From Nitrososphaerota archaeon (GTDB lineage Archaea > Thermoproteota > Nitrososphaeria > Nitrososphaerales > UBA57): a stretch of 32,000 nucleotides of DNA. The DNA lies in contig PAVW01000011.1 in NCBI GenBank assembly GCA_002713205.1, positions 26,143 through 58,142 of the forward strand. The letters are read 5' to 3'. The notes beneath the pieces were generated by a model. The model was not told where the DNA came from and did not search any database. It saw nothing but the letters and a program-made list of their open reading frames with translations. The translations under genes were made by a program, and so were the position numbers. The number at the start of each line of letters is the position of its first letter. Position 1 is the first letter of the stretch. Below, piece by piece: positions 1 to 9,849 of the stretch.

Positions 1-83
1 AAGGTAATTTAAAATAATTGAATTAAAGATATTCTTATGAATATTTTATTAAATATATTATAAATGTATTAAAAGTGGGCTAA

Positions 84-701
84 TTGGATAATAGAATTGC
101 AATTATAGGTTTTCTTATTACTGTGTTAGGGGTTTCATTATTTGCAAGTTCTTCAGTTACTGTTTTGTCTGAATTTGATAATATTCCAAAAGCGAGTTTT
201 ATAACATATTATGCGAATGTAACAACTTATCCATTGCCATTCGCTAATTATAAGTTAGAACTTATAAATAGTTTAAAGGAACCTGAATACGACTTCGAAG
301 GAAAAATAATATCAGAAGGTCATTATATTGATTTCTATATATTTGATGAAGAAAATTTAAAGTTGTTTAGAGGTTGCGGAGCATCACACAATGGACCAAT
401 TGAATGTAGAGATTGGAACCCAATTGTTGAAAGATATAATTTAACTGGAACATTTACTAGAATATTAGATCCAAAAATGGAAAAAGTAAATGTAGTTGTT
501 CATAATAAAGATCCAGATAAAATTATTCAAAATTCGATCAATATTAGATTAGAATCTCAGTACAGCGGGTTTGCCGTTATTATTTTTATAATTGGTTTGG
601 TAATATTCTACATGGGATTAGCAAATGAAAAAAAGATTACAAGAAGCAAACGTGTTAACTTGATAAAAAGTAGATTCAATAATAAACAAAATTTTCAGTA
701 A
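84..701 (+). CDS. hypothetical membrane-anchored protein (TM helices at both ends, central soluble domain)
   Basis: 205-aa ORF with a TTG start. Hydrophobic segments IAIIGFLITVLGVSLFA and GFAVIIFIIGLVIFYMGL flank a ~140-aa domain with N-x-S/T sequons (NVT, NLT) and two Cys. No family recognised. Confidence 0.45.
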   Translation: MDNRIAIIGFLITVLGVSLFASSSVTVLSEFDNIPKASFITYYANVTTYPLPFANYKLELINSLKEPEYDFEGKIISEGHYIDFYIFDEENLKLFRGCGASHNGPIECRDWNPIVERYNLTGTFTRILDPKMEKVNVVVHNKDPDKIIQNSINIRLESQYSGFAVIIFIIGLVIFYMGLANEKKITRSKRVNLIKSRFNNKQNFQ

Positions 702-719
702 TTATTATGTGAAATAAAC

Positions 720-2309
720 ATGAACGTCATCGGTAGAGGAACTTGGATAGATAAAATCGGAAAGGATATAATAAAAAGAGAATTGGAATTAGAAAGACCT
801 ACTGAGAATATAAATGTAGAAAGTGGACTCGGTGCTTCAGGCATACCACATATAGGAAGTTTAGGAGATGCAGTTAGAGCATATGGTATAAAATTATCAT
901 TAAACGATCAAGGTTATCAATGCAATCTCATTGCATATTCTGATGATATGGACGGCCTAAGGAAAGTCCCAGAAGGATTTCCCAAAAGTCTAAATGAAGA
1001 AATCTGTAAACCGGTATCATCTATTGTTGATCCATTTGAATGTCATAATTCATATGGCGAACATATGAGTTCATTACTTCTTGACGGATTAGAAAAACTA
1101 AACATTGAATATGAATTCCAAAGTGCTGCAAAGGCATACAAAGAAGGAATATTAAATGAGCAAATTGCAAAAATTTTAAGTCATGCAGAAAAGATTGGTT
1201 CAAAAATTTCAGAAATAACAGGACAAACAAAATTTAAGAATACATTACCTTATTATCCAATCTGTAAGAATTGTGGAAAAATATATGTCAATATTCCCAT
1301 ATCATTTGACAGTAAAAAAAATACTTTATATTATAAATGTAGTGGGGCAGAAATTGGAAAAAAATGGATCAATGGATGTAATTATGAAGGGCAATTAGAT
1401 ATTCGTGATGGAAAAGGAAAGTTAAGTTGGAAAACAGAATTTGCAGCACGTTGGTCAGCGTTTGATATAAAATTTGAAGCGTATGGTAAAGATATAGAAG
1501 ATTCTGTTAAAATAAATGACTGGGTTTCAGATAATATTCTAAACTTTTCGCATCCATATCATATAAGATATGAAATGTTTCTCGATAAATCAGGTAAGAA
1601 AATTTCAAAATCTATAGGAAATGTTTTAACGCCACAAAAATGGCTGCAATATGGAACTGCTTCATCTCTATTATTATTAATGTTTAAAAGAATTACAGGA
1701 TCAAGGTCTTTATCAGTTAAAGACATTCCAACATATATGGATGAAATAGATGTAATTGAAAAAGTGTATTTCGACAAAACAATACTAGAAAACAAAGAAA
1801 AAACTGTCAGAACAAAAGGTCTGTATGAATATATACATCATCTGAATCCACCAGAAAAAATGGCAGTGCATCTTCCTTATAGATTATTAATAGAATTAGC
1901 AGAAATTGCACCTGAGAATAATTCACAGGAATATGTATTAAAAAAACTTGTTGAATATCAGTATATAAAAGAAATAGATGAGAATATTATAGAAAGAATT
2001 AACTTAGGGATAAATTGGTCGAGAGATTTTAAATCTTATGATATAACGGATGTTAAGCTAAATGAAAGTGAGAAGAGTGCATTATTACAATTGATTTCAT
2101 TATTGGAAAAGAATTCAGATCCCGAAATAATTCAGAGTGAGGTATTTGATATAGCAAAGAAGAACAATATAAAACCAAGATTATTCTTTCAATTAATTTA
2201 TCGAATATTATTAGGTAGTGATAAAGGACCAAGACTAGGCAAATATATTATTGATGCGGATAAAACCACTATAATAACAAAACTCAAGGCATTAATAACG
2301 AAATCTTAA
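720..2309 (+). CDS. lysK: lysyl-tRNA synthetase, class I (archaeal type)
   Basis: 529 aa. HIGH-type motif in GASGIPHIGSLGD and KMSKS-type motif in GKKISKSIGN. Length and the Cys-rich insertion (CKNCGK...C) are typical of class I LysRS. Confidence 0.9.
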   Translation: MNVIGRGTWIDKIGKDIIKRELELERPTENINVESGLGASGIPHIGSLGDAVRAYGIKLSLNDQGYQCNLIAYSDDMDGLRKVPEGFPKSLNEEICKPVSSIVDPFECHNSYGEHMSSLLLDGLEKLNIEYEFQSAAKAYKEGILNEQIAKILSHAEKIGSKISEITGQTKFKNTLPYYPICKNCGKIYVNIPISFDSKKNTLYYKCSGAEIGKKWINGCNYEGQLDIRDGKGKLSWKTEFAARWSAFDIKFEAYGKDIEDSVKINDWVSDNILNFSHPYHIRYEMFLDKSGKKISKSIGNVLTPQKWLQYGTASSLLLLMFKRITGSRSLSVKDIPTYMDEIDVIEKVYFDKTILENKEKTVRTKGLYEYIHHLNPPEKMAVHLPYRLLIELAEIAPENNSQEYVLKKLVEYQYIKEIDENIIERINLGINWSRDFKSYDITDVKLNESEKSALLQLISLLEKNSDPEIIQSEVFDIAKKNNIKPRLFFQLIYRILLGSDKGPRLGKYIIDADKTTIITKLKALITKS

Positions 2310-2360
2310 CTATAATAATGATTTAATTTAGAATAAGATTAGTATCAAAAGTGAGTTGCA

Positions 2361-3116
2361 TTGGGAAAAGCACAAAATTCAGTAGAGGCATTAAATAATA
2401 GGATATCTACTCATGCAAATTTTGCTAAATATGAAATAAATGATTGGATAATTCCCATTCTAGACGTTCAGAAACACGATCATGTGTTAGATATTGCATG
2501 TGGAAATGGTAAACAATTAATTCCAATTAGTAAAATAATTGATGATTCAGGTTCAATAACAGGCTTGGATATATCAGAAGAACTGCTAAACGAGGTCAAC
2601 ACATATACAAAGAAAACTAAAAACATCATTCTAAAACAGGGAAAAATGGAAAATATAGACACAGATTTCAAAGATAAGTATTTTGATTTAATTTTCTGTT
2701 GTTTTGGATTATATTATTCTACTAATTATAAGAGAACAATAAAAGACATTCATAATAAACTAAAGAACAATGGAAAATGTTTTGTTTGTGGACCAATAAA
2801 AGGAAACAATTTAGAATTAACTGATATTCATGAGGTGTTTGGAAGACTTCCAAATGAATATGTCATACATAATAATTTCATTGAGACTAAAGCATTACCT
2901 TATTTCAAATCAGTATTCAGTGAAGTCAATATAGAAATTTTTGAAAATCCAATTACATTTCCAAATAAGGAAGCATTATTAAAATATTGGAAATCGTACA
3001 CTTTATTTGAACAGGAAGTACAGAACGAATTTGAAAATGCAATAACAAATATATTCAAAAAAGAGGGAAAGTTTATTACAAAAAAAATTGTGATGGGAAT
3101 AACGGCAAAGAAGTAA
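2361..3116 (+). CDS. class I SAM-dependent methyltransferase
   Basis: 251 aa. SAM-binding motif I VLDIACGNGK followed by an acidic loop GLDISEE. A non-ATG (TTG) start is required because no in-frame ATG precedes motif I. Confidence 0.75.
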   Translation: MGKAQNSVEALNNRISTHANFAKYEINDWIIPILDVQKHDHVLDIACGNGKQLIPISKIIDDSGSITGLDISEELLNEVNTYTKKTKNIILKQGKMENIDTDFKDKYFDLIFCCFGLYYSTNYKRTIKDIHNKLKNNGKCFVCGPIKGNNLELTDIHEVFGRLPNEYVIHNNFIETKALPYFKSVFSEVNIEIFENPITFPNKEALLKYWKSYTLFEQEVQNEFENAITNIFKKEGKFITKKIVMGITAKK

Positions 3117-3118
3117 GA

Positions 3119-3817
3119 ATGACAGTTAGTTATAAAAATCTAGTAGTATTGATTATTGCACCACATCCTGATGATGAAGTATTGGGATGCGGAGGACTGA
3201 TATCAAGAGTAAAAGCAGAAGGAGGCAAAGTGCACGTTCTATGCTTTACTGTTGGGGATATTAAACAATATGGAGGTTATAGCCATACTGAAAAAAGAAT
3301 AAAAGAAATGAACAAAGTGATGAAATATCTAAAAGTAAATTCATTTAATTTAGCATTAGTTGGAGACAAATATCATTTAAAACTAGACAAAGTTCCGCAA
3401 AAAAATTTAATCAATATAATTGAAAAAGGGGAAGTTTCTATATCTACAACAAAACCCAACATGATTTGTATTCCATTTATAGGTTCTACAAATCAGGATC
3501 ATGTAGCAGTGGCAAAAGCAAGTTTTACAGCGTGCAGGCCAGTAAAAGATTCAGAAAAAAACATTGCGCAAATTGTATTATCATATGAACAACCTGAGAC
3601 AAATTGGACAAGAAAAAGATTTCATCCTAATTTCTTTATAGATATAACCAAAAATCTAAAAACTAAGCAAAAAGCATTGTCTTTGTATTCATCACAAATA
3701 AGAAGTAAAAACCATCCAAGAACACCAAGTATAATTGAAAAAATAGCAGAGTTAAGAGGTAGTGAAATAGGTGTCAAATATGCTGAAGCATATGAATGTC
3801 ACAGATTTATTGTATAA
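3119..3817 (+). CDS. PIG-L / LmbE family N-acetyl-sugar deacetylase
   Basis: 232 aa. Diagnostic N-terminal motif IIAPHPDDEVLGCGG and a downstream HxxH-like NQDHVAVA. Starts 2 nt after the preceding stop codon. Confidence 0.8.
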   Translation: MTVSYKNLVVLIIAPHPDDEVLGCGGLISRVKAEGGKVHVLCFTVGDIKQYGGYSHTEKRIKEMNKVMKYLKVNSFNLALVGDKYHLKLDKVPQKNLINIIEKGEVSISTTKPNMICIPFIGSTNQDHVAVAKASFTACRPVKDSEKNIAQIVLSYEQPETNWTRKRFHPNFFIDITKNLKTKQKALSLYSSQIRSKNHPRTPSIIEKIAELRGSEIGVKYAEAYECHRFIV

Positions 3818-3856
3818 TCATGGAATAATTTATTATCGATAGACAAGGAAAATGAA

Positions 3857-4831
3857 ATGAAAGTTTTAGTAACAGGATCATCAGGATTTTACGGTTCACA
3901 TCTCATAGATGCGTTATTACAAGAAAAAAATGTAGAAATAATAGGAGTCGACAACCTTCACCGACTAAAAGATTTTCCTATAGAACCCTTCAATGTTGTG
4001 CAAGATAAAAGTGGACTAAAAGAAAGATTTTCAAATTTAAATATGGATTTTAGAGATCTAACCGCAGAAAAAATTGATGCGTATAATATAGACTGTATAA
4101 TTCATTTAGCATCATTAGTGTCAATTCCAGAATCAATGAATAAACCAATGGAATATTTTGAATTAAATGAAATTGGAACATTCAAATTGTGTCAAGAATT
4201 GTTAAAAACAAAATGTAAACCATTTTTAATATATGCATCTTCCCCAGAAGTTTACGGAAATCCAATTTATACTCCAATGGATATTAATCATCCATGCAGG
4301 CCTCGTAGTGTTTATGCAGCTACAAAATTAGCTGCAGAGAAACATTGTATGGTACTAAATGAATGGTATGATTATCCAGTTGCAATAATTAGGAATTTCA
4401 ACACCTATGGAGAAAATCAAAGTAATACTTACAGAGGATATCCAGCAGTAGTACCAGAATTTATAACCAGAGCAATAAAAAATGAAGAAATACGAATTCA
4501 TGGAAATGGAATGCAGACAAGAGATTTAATGTATGTAAAAGACGCAGTAGGAGCATATGTTAAAGTAATGAATGAAAGGAAAAAATCGCATGGGCAAATA
4601 TTTAATATAGGCACGGGTATTCAAACAGGAATATTAGAACTTGCAAATAAAATTATCAAGATATCAGGATCATCATCTAATATTCGTCATGAAAAAGAAC
4701 GTGCTGCAGATTTAGAACAATTAGAGGCAGATTGTAGTAAAACAGAAAAATTACTTGATTGGAAACCTAAATATTCAATTAACCAAGGACTTGAAATTAC
4801 TATTTCATGGTTTAAAAAATTACTAGAATAA
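3857..4831 (+). CDS. NAD-dependent nucleotide-sugar epimerase/dehydratase (extended SDR)
   Basis: 324 aa. Rossmann motif VTGSSGFYGSHL, SSPEVYG, and the catalytic YxxxK in YAATKLAAE. Confidence 0.85.
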   Translation: MKVLVTGSSGFYGSHLIDALLQEKNVEIIGVDNLHRLKDFPIEPFNVVQDKSGLKERFSNLNMDFRDLTAEKIDAYNIDCIIHLASLVSIPESMNKPMEYFELNEIGTFKLCQELLKTKCKPFLIYASSPEVYGNPIYTPMDINHPCRPRSVYAATKLAAEKHCMVLNEWYDYPVAIIRNFNTYGENQSNTYRGYPAVVPEFITRAIKNEEIRIHGNGMQTRDLMYVKDAVGAYVKVMNERKKSHGQIFNIGTGIQTGILELANKIIKISGSSSNIRHEKERAADLEQLEADCSKTEKLLDWKPKYSINQGLEITISWFKKLLE

Positions 4832-4845
4832 ATATAAATTCAGAG

Positions 4846-5793
4846 ATGAATTTGACAGATATTATAAATAATATCAACAATTACAAAACAATGAACAATA
4901 AACTGAAAAAGAAAATAACAATAATTAATGATGCCGCATGGGTAGGTTATGAAATTGCAGAAGGTCTTAGAGAATTAGATAAAGATGTGCTTTATCTTCC
5001 AAGAAATTTTGCCGGTCCTAATGCAAAATCAAATTTTATATATTCAGTGTATGGAAAAATATTTAGTCCTGTTATTAATGCAATTAAAGCAACGGGAATA
5101 ATTCATGTAAATTATGCGTTGCAAGATGCATTTTGTGTTAGATTATTAGGGAAAAAAATAAATGTGTTACATTGTCATGGAACGGATTTATTTGGATTAT
5201 TAGATGAACAATTTAAAAAAGAAAGTAAAGATTTGACAAGATGGAAAACGATAATAGAAGGCAATATAAAATCTGCACGGACGGTATTAGTATCAACTCC
5301 AGAAATGCTTACATTAGCAAAACAAATAAGAAGAGATGCAGAATATTTACCAAATCCAGTCGATGTAAAAAGGTTTTCGCCTAAAACGATAGAGCAAAAA
5401 GAAGTCAGAGCAATAGGTTTTGATTCATGGTATGAAAAAGTGCCGAAAGAAGTAATTGATTTTCTTGAAAAGAACAATGTAAAAGTAGATGTTTATGATA
5501 GAAGGCCTTTTTCATATCTAGAATTTCAAAAAACATTAACAAAATATCAAATTTACATAGATAGAATCCATACAAAAGGCGTATCATCTTTTAGCAAAGC
5601 ATGTTTAGAAGCAATGTCATGCGGATTAGTCACGATAGATTTTCGACATAAAGAAAATGTCATTGAAAGAGCAACTAATATTTTAAATTACAAAAATCGA
5701 AAAAATGAAGCAAAGAAAAATAGAAAATTTATACTAGAAAAACACGATAGGCTGAAAGTAACTAAAAAATTATTAGAAATATACAACAGGTAG
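4846..5793 (+). CDS. putative GT-B fold glycosyltransferase (GT4-like, divergent)
   Basis: 315 aa. HCHGTD, LPNPVDVKRF and CLEAMSCGLVTI resemble GT4/Glycos_transf_1 motifs, but the match is weak. Confidence 0.5.
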   Translation: MNLTDIINNINNYKTMNNKLKKKITIINDAAWVGYEIAEGLRELDKDVLYLPRNFAGPNAKSNFIYSVYGKIFSPVINAIKATGIIHVNYALQDAFCVRLLGKKINVLHCHGTDLFGLLDEQFKKESKDLTRWKTIIEGNIKSARTVLVSTPEMLTLAKQIRRDAEYLPNPVDVKRFSPKTIEQKEVRAIGFDSWYEKVPKEVIDFLEKNNVKVDVYDRRPFSYLEFQKTLTKYQIYIDRIHTKGVSSFSKACLEAMSCGLVTIDFRHKENVIERATNILNYKNRKNEAKKNRKFILEKHDRLKVTKKLLEIYNR

Positions 5794-5801
5794 AAATAAT
5801 T

Positions 5802-6911
5802 ATGAAAATTGCAATAATACACTATGATTTATCAATGCGAACAGGTGCTCAACGATTAGTTTTAGGTATGGGAAATGCCATGAAAGAAATAGGCCATGAT
5901 ATAGCATATTTTACTTCAATCTATGATGAAAATAAGGCATTTAAGGAATTTGAAAAAGAAAATTTAATATCTTTTGATGGTAAAAGAGATTTTTTTGGAC
6001 GATTTAGAGGATTAACTGCATATCGCGAGAGTAGGAAGATGATTGAAAAATGTAGAAAAGAGTTTAATCCTGATTTGTATATTTTTAGTTCGAATTATTA
6101 TTTAGCAAGCGAATACAATCCATCAATGATTTACTGTCATCATCCAGAACAATTACTTGTGAATAATGGAGACATTGTTAGAAAAATATTGCATGTGCCA
6201 ATAGACAGAGCTGAAAAAAAAGGATTTCAAAAGACAGATAGAATATTATGTAATTCACAATTTACTAGTAATGTAATAAAAAGAACGTTTCAAAGAAGTA
6301 GTACAATATTATTTCCTGGAGTAGATACAGAGAGATTTTCATTTAGCAATATTGAAGAGAATTTTATTTTAACAGTAAACAGAATCATGCCTGGAAAGAA
6401 TTTAGAATTTGCAATAGATATAATAAACAATATAACAAAATCGAGAAAAGACATAAAGCTAATCATTGCAGGGACCAAGCAAATTGGTTTTGAGTGGTAT
6501 ATTCAATCATTAGAAAATAAAATAAGAGAGTTAAAACTTGAGAAATTCATTGAAATAAAAATTGACGTGTCAGATAAAAATTTGATAGAACTCTATAAGA
6601 AATGTATAATTTTCTTATATACGCCAATTGAAGAACATTTTGGAATAGCGCCAATAGAAGCAATGTCCTGTGGAAAACCAGTAATAGCATTTTCAAAAGG
6701 AGGTCCAAAAGAAACTATTCAACACGAAAAAACAGGCTATGTATTAGAAGATAACATTACACTATGGGAAGAGAAAATTATTAATTTATTAGAAGATAAA
6801 GAAAAAAGAACAGATATGGGAATAATGGCAAGAGAAAGAGTTGTAAACAACTTTAGTTGGGACGTATTTACAAAGAAACTAGAAAAATGCCTTCAAGAAC
6901 TATCTAATTAA
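5802..6911 (+). CDS. glycosyltransferase family 4 (GT1-domain)
   Basis: 369 aa. Canonical C-terminal motif EHFGIAPIEAMSCGKPVIAFSKGGPKETI and FPGVDTERF. Confidence 0.85.
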   Translation: MKIAIIHYDLSMRTGAQRLVLGMGNAMKEIGHDIAYFTSIYDENKAFKEFEKENLISFDGKRDFFGRFRGLTAYRESRKMIEKCRKEFNPDLYIFSSNYYLASEYNPSMIYCHHPEQLLVNNGDIVRKILHVPIDRAEKKGFQKTDRILCNSQFTSNVIKRTFQRSSTILFPGVDTERFSFSNIEENFILTVNRIMPGKNLEFAIDIINNITKSRKDIKLIIAGTKQIGFEWYIQSLENKIRELKLEKFIEIKIDVSDKNLIELYKKCIIFLYTPIEEHFGIAPIEAMSCGKPVIAFSKGGPKETIQHEKTGYVLEDNITLWEEKIINLLEDKEKRTDMGIMARERVVNNFSWDVFTKKLEKCLQELSN

Positions 6912-8871
6912 TTAAATTAGAATCAATTTGTAACGAACTATTTGGGAAGACAACAGTTTCAGGATTGTTAGGATGATGTTTACGTAATTCATCAATAACA
7001 GAATTCCATGTATTAAACACCCTAACATCATCTGGATAATGATCATGGATATAACGCTGATTAACAGTAGGGCAATAGAATATTAGGTGTCGATCTTGCA
7101 ATGGTCCACCAAATGTTCCATGTTTGTCTCGTCTTATATGATGAAGCATACCCGTGCCAACAAGCCCATGTTCACCAATGCCTTCTGATGACGCAGTGAC
7201 TACAACTATACTGCCGCCTCTGCGAACAATTTCTTTATCAGAATCTCTAGAACCCCATATATTCAGGGAATTTAATGCCAATAAGAACCATGTATCTCGA
7301 GGGAATGCATTAAAAATTCCAACATCTACATTATATGAAACTTTTGTAGCATAGATTTTCGATGCTTCTTTAGATGCACTAAGAAATACATTTTTAGGAT
7401 TGCCAGAGAAAACACCTGCGGTTTTTCCGAGAGAATTGGAAATAGTATTAACTATGAAATCCAATCCTGCCATTTTAGAAGCTTCTTCTATATCATCACG
7501 TCTACTGTTATCTTCAACTTGTCCAATTTTACCTTGAAGAGATTTATTAACAGGTCTGTGATTTACGTCAATTGACTCAATGCCCGCTAGTCCAGGCATT
7601 ACAATTTTTCCACCACCACTAAATCCTGCATAAGGATGAGGCATTAATGTGCCAATACCAATTTTGAAATCAGCTTGAAGAAACAAATTATCAATATACA
7701 CAGGAGTTCCACTAGAGGTAGTTCCAAGAAATTTATTATTCTGATATGCGTTATGACAATATATCTTATAATTATCGACTATATTTTTACCAAGTTTTTT
7801 ACAAAGTTCGGTAAATGTAAGAGAACGATGAGTCCCTGTACTGACAATAAAGTAGATATCGCCATCATTAATACCTGCATTATGTAATTCTTGAAGAATG
7901 AACGGAATAATACGAAAAGCTTCTGTAGGTTTAGTAAGATCGTCAACTGTAATACATATTGATTTGCAATTTTTTGTTTGAATTGACAGTTTATCAGTAT
8001 TTAATGGATTTAATATAGATTGTTGAATATAATTGTCTGGAATTTCTTGTGCGTCATTCATTTGGGAAACATTCACATTCCATTCTGGAGGAAAAGTAAG
8101 ACTAAGTAAATCATTCCCATACCAAGATTTCCAAGGTATGGAAATAGAATTAATTTCTTTAACATGATTTACTGTAGAATCCGGCATAAGTAATTCGGCT
8201 AATTTAAGATCAGCATATTCATCAATATTGACAGAACGTTCAGAAGGCATCACATGTGCAATGCTTTTACTACCTTTAATTGACTTTGAATTTACAATTA
8301 CATCACGTTTTGTAGCATAAATTGCACCATTTCTAATATAAACAGGAGGAAGTGTTTGTCTGGGAGTATTTTCTATTCCTTCATCAGTATAATCAAGCAA
8401 TTGTCCATCGATTATAGTTTTCATTCGGTGGGGATGTATTCCACCAACATCAACCACACTAATAACTGAATCAGCATTAGTATCAATTAATTTATTTATA
8501 CAATCATCAATATCCTGACAAGTACGTAAAGGAGTAGTAGGTTGAAGCATTACAATTATGTCATATGTTGATTTCTCTTGTTTTTCAATTTCTTTTACAG
8601 CATGAATCAATACATCAATTGCCAATGAATCATCTTGGCTTAATGGTTCAGGGCGTATAAATGGAACAGAAGCACCATATAATTTAGATACGTCAATAAT
8701 TTCTTGATCTTCTGAAGAAACCACTACATTTGACAGTAATGTAGATTTCAATCCTTCAGAAATAGTATATGAGATCAGAGGTCGATTAAGAATTGGAACT
8801 AAATTTTTTCTCTTAATAGTTTTTGAACCGCCTCGAGCAGGAATTATACCTAAAACTCTCTTCTGTGTCAT
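6904..8871 (-). CDS. fusion protein: CMP-sugar-acid (acylneuraminate/KDO-type) cytidylyltransferase domain + LarA/DUF2088-like nickel-pincer racemase/epimerase domain
   Basis: 655 aa. The N-terminus GIIPARGGSKTIKRKN...QPTTPLR is typical of NeuA/KdsB-type cytidylyltransferases. The C-terminal ~415 aa carry VDDLTKP, STGTHR, MPHPYAGFSGGGK and IDVNHR, with LarA-like spacing. Its start codon overlaps the stop of the upstream neuB-like gene by 4 nt. Confidence 0.8.
   Translation of the reverse strand: MTQKRVLGIIPARGGSKTIKRKNLVPILNRPLISYTISEGLKSTLLSNVVVSSEDQEIIDVSKLYGASVPFIRPEPLSQDDSLAIDVLIHAVKEIEKQEKSTYDIIVMLQPTTPLRTCQDIDDCINKLIDTNADSVISVVDVGGIHPHRMKTIIDGQLLDYTDEGIENTPRQTLPPVYIRNGAIYATKRDVIVNSKSIKGSKSIAHVMPSERSVNIDEYADLKLAELLMPDSTVNHVKEINSISIPWKSWYGNDLLSLTFPPEWNVNVSQMNDAQEIPDNYIQQSILNPLNTDKLSIQTKNCKSICITVDDLTKPTEAFRIIPFILQELHNAGINDGDIYFIVSTGTHRSLTFTELCKKLGKNIVDNYKIYCHNAYQNNKFLGTTSSGTPVYIDNLFLQADFKIGIGTLMPHPYAGFSGGGKIVMPGLAGIESIDVNHRPVNKSLQGKIGQVEDNSRRDDIEEASKMAGLDFIVNTISNSLGKTAGVFSGNPKNVFLSASKEASKIYATKVSYNVDVGIFNAFPRDTWFLLALNSLNIWGSRDSDKEIVRRGGSIVVVTASSEGIGEHGLVGTGMLHHIRRDKHGTFGGPLQDRHLIFYCPTVNQRYIHDHYPDDVRVFNTWNSVIDELRKHHPNNPETVVFPNSSLQIDSNLIN
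6907..8154 (-). other. LarA-like (DUF2088) domain of the fusion (aa ~240-655)
   Basis: H348, H412, K422 (codon AAA at 7606-7608, minus strand) and H438 reproduce the His108/His174/Lys184/His200 spacing of lactate racemase, at a constant offset of ~238-240 residues. Confidence 0.65.
8188..8871 (-). other. cytidylyltransferase domain of the fusion (aa 1 to ~228)
   Basis: The domain boundary is estimated from where NeuA-like similarity ends (…ADLKLAELLMP). It is approximate. Confidence 0.6.
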
Positions 8872-9818
8872 AAATTAACTTCTTCCCAATTATATATAGT
8901 TCTTCCATTTATTATTGATGCAAATCTACCTCGATAATAATCTCGATTTAAGAGTTCTTCATCGCTAAGTGTATGAGATTCAGAACCAAGCATTATTTCA
9001 TAATTATGAATTTGTTTAACGTGTTCATAAAGTTCATCATTTTTCATTGTAGAATATTCAACAAGATTTTTAAGTTTTTCAGGATTGATGGAAACAGGAC
9101 CGTCTTTGGTCTGCGAAGCATCAAGTATAGTGAAATGTCGTTCTATAATATTTGCACCCTTCCACAATGCAACAATATCAGCGTCAAGACCAGTAAGATC
9201 AGATTGAGTATGATCACTAAAACCAACTTGATTAGTAAAATGTCTTAGATAATTAATACGATTAAGATTTAATTTGTCAATAGGAGTTGGATATATAGTT
9301 ACACAATGTAAAAAGAAGAAATTTTGATCATTTAATATGTCAGCTGTTGTTTCAATTTCATGATCGTGAGTAGCACCAGTTGAAACATATATTTTTTCAA
9401 ATTTATTCTTTAGATCCTTAATTAAGGGAAAGCTTGCACAATCATAACTAGCAATTTTTATTTCTTTAAATCCTAAATCAAGAATTAATTTTAATCTACT
9501 TCGATTAAAAATTGTAGTTAAAGGTATAATGCCTGCTGCATTACATTCATCAATAAACTGAGAATGAACATCAACACTTAGATCAAGTTTTTGTAATCTT
9601 GCAAACTCTGGAGAATATGGACGTGTTATAGAAGTTACAACACCGCTATTATCAGTCACTCCATCTTCAAACCTTTCACGAAAAGTTAAATCTGCAGAGT
9701 ATATTGTTTGAATTTTTGCATGAGTTGCACCACAATCTGCAGCACTCCATATCATTTCTTTCAATAAGTCTATATTTCCGTTATGATTTTGGCATAATTC
9801 AGCAATGATTTTGGCCAA
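8868..9818 (-). CDS. NeuB-family sugar-acid synthase (N-acetylneuraminate / nonulosonate synthase-like), C-terminal SAF domain apparently missing or degenerate
   Basis: 316 aa. N-terminal signature IAELCQNHNGNIDLLKEMIWSAADCGATHAKIQT and a later SDHT motif. A TTG start is required to include the signature. Only ~25 aa follow the point where a ~60-aa SAF domain is expected. Confidence 0.75.
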   Translation of the reverse strand: MAKIIAELCQNHNGNIDLLKEMIWSAADCGATHAKIQTIYSADLTFRERFEDGVTDNSGVVTSITRPYSPEFARLQKLDLSVDVHSQFIDECNAAGIIPLTTIFNRSRLKLILDLGFKEIKIASYDCASFPLIKDLKNKFEKIYVSTGATHDHEIETTADILNDQNFFFLHCVTIYPTPIDKLNLNRINYLRHFTNQVGFSDHTQSDLTGLDADIVALWKGANIIERHFTILDASQTKDGPVSINPEKLKNLVEYSTMKNDELYEHVKQIHNYEIMLGSESHTLSDEELLNRDYYRGRFASIINGRTIYNWEEVNL

Positions 9819-9842
9819 TATAATCTAGAATTATATTGCTAA

Positions 9843-9849
9843 AATATAA
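9843..9849. promoter_or_regulatory. candidate shared TATA box centred in a 55-bp divergent spacer
   Basis: AATATAA lies 25 nt from the neuB-like start (9818, minus strand) and 25 nt from the TIM-barrel start (9874, plus strand). It forms an inverted repeat with TTATATT at 9831-9837. Confidence 0.4.
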
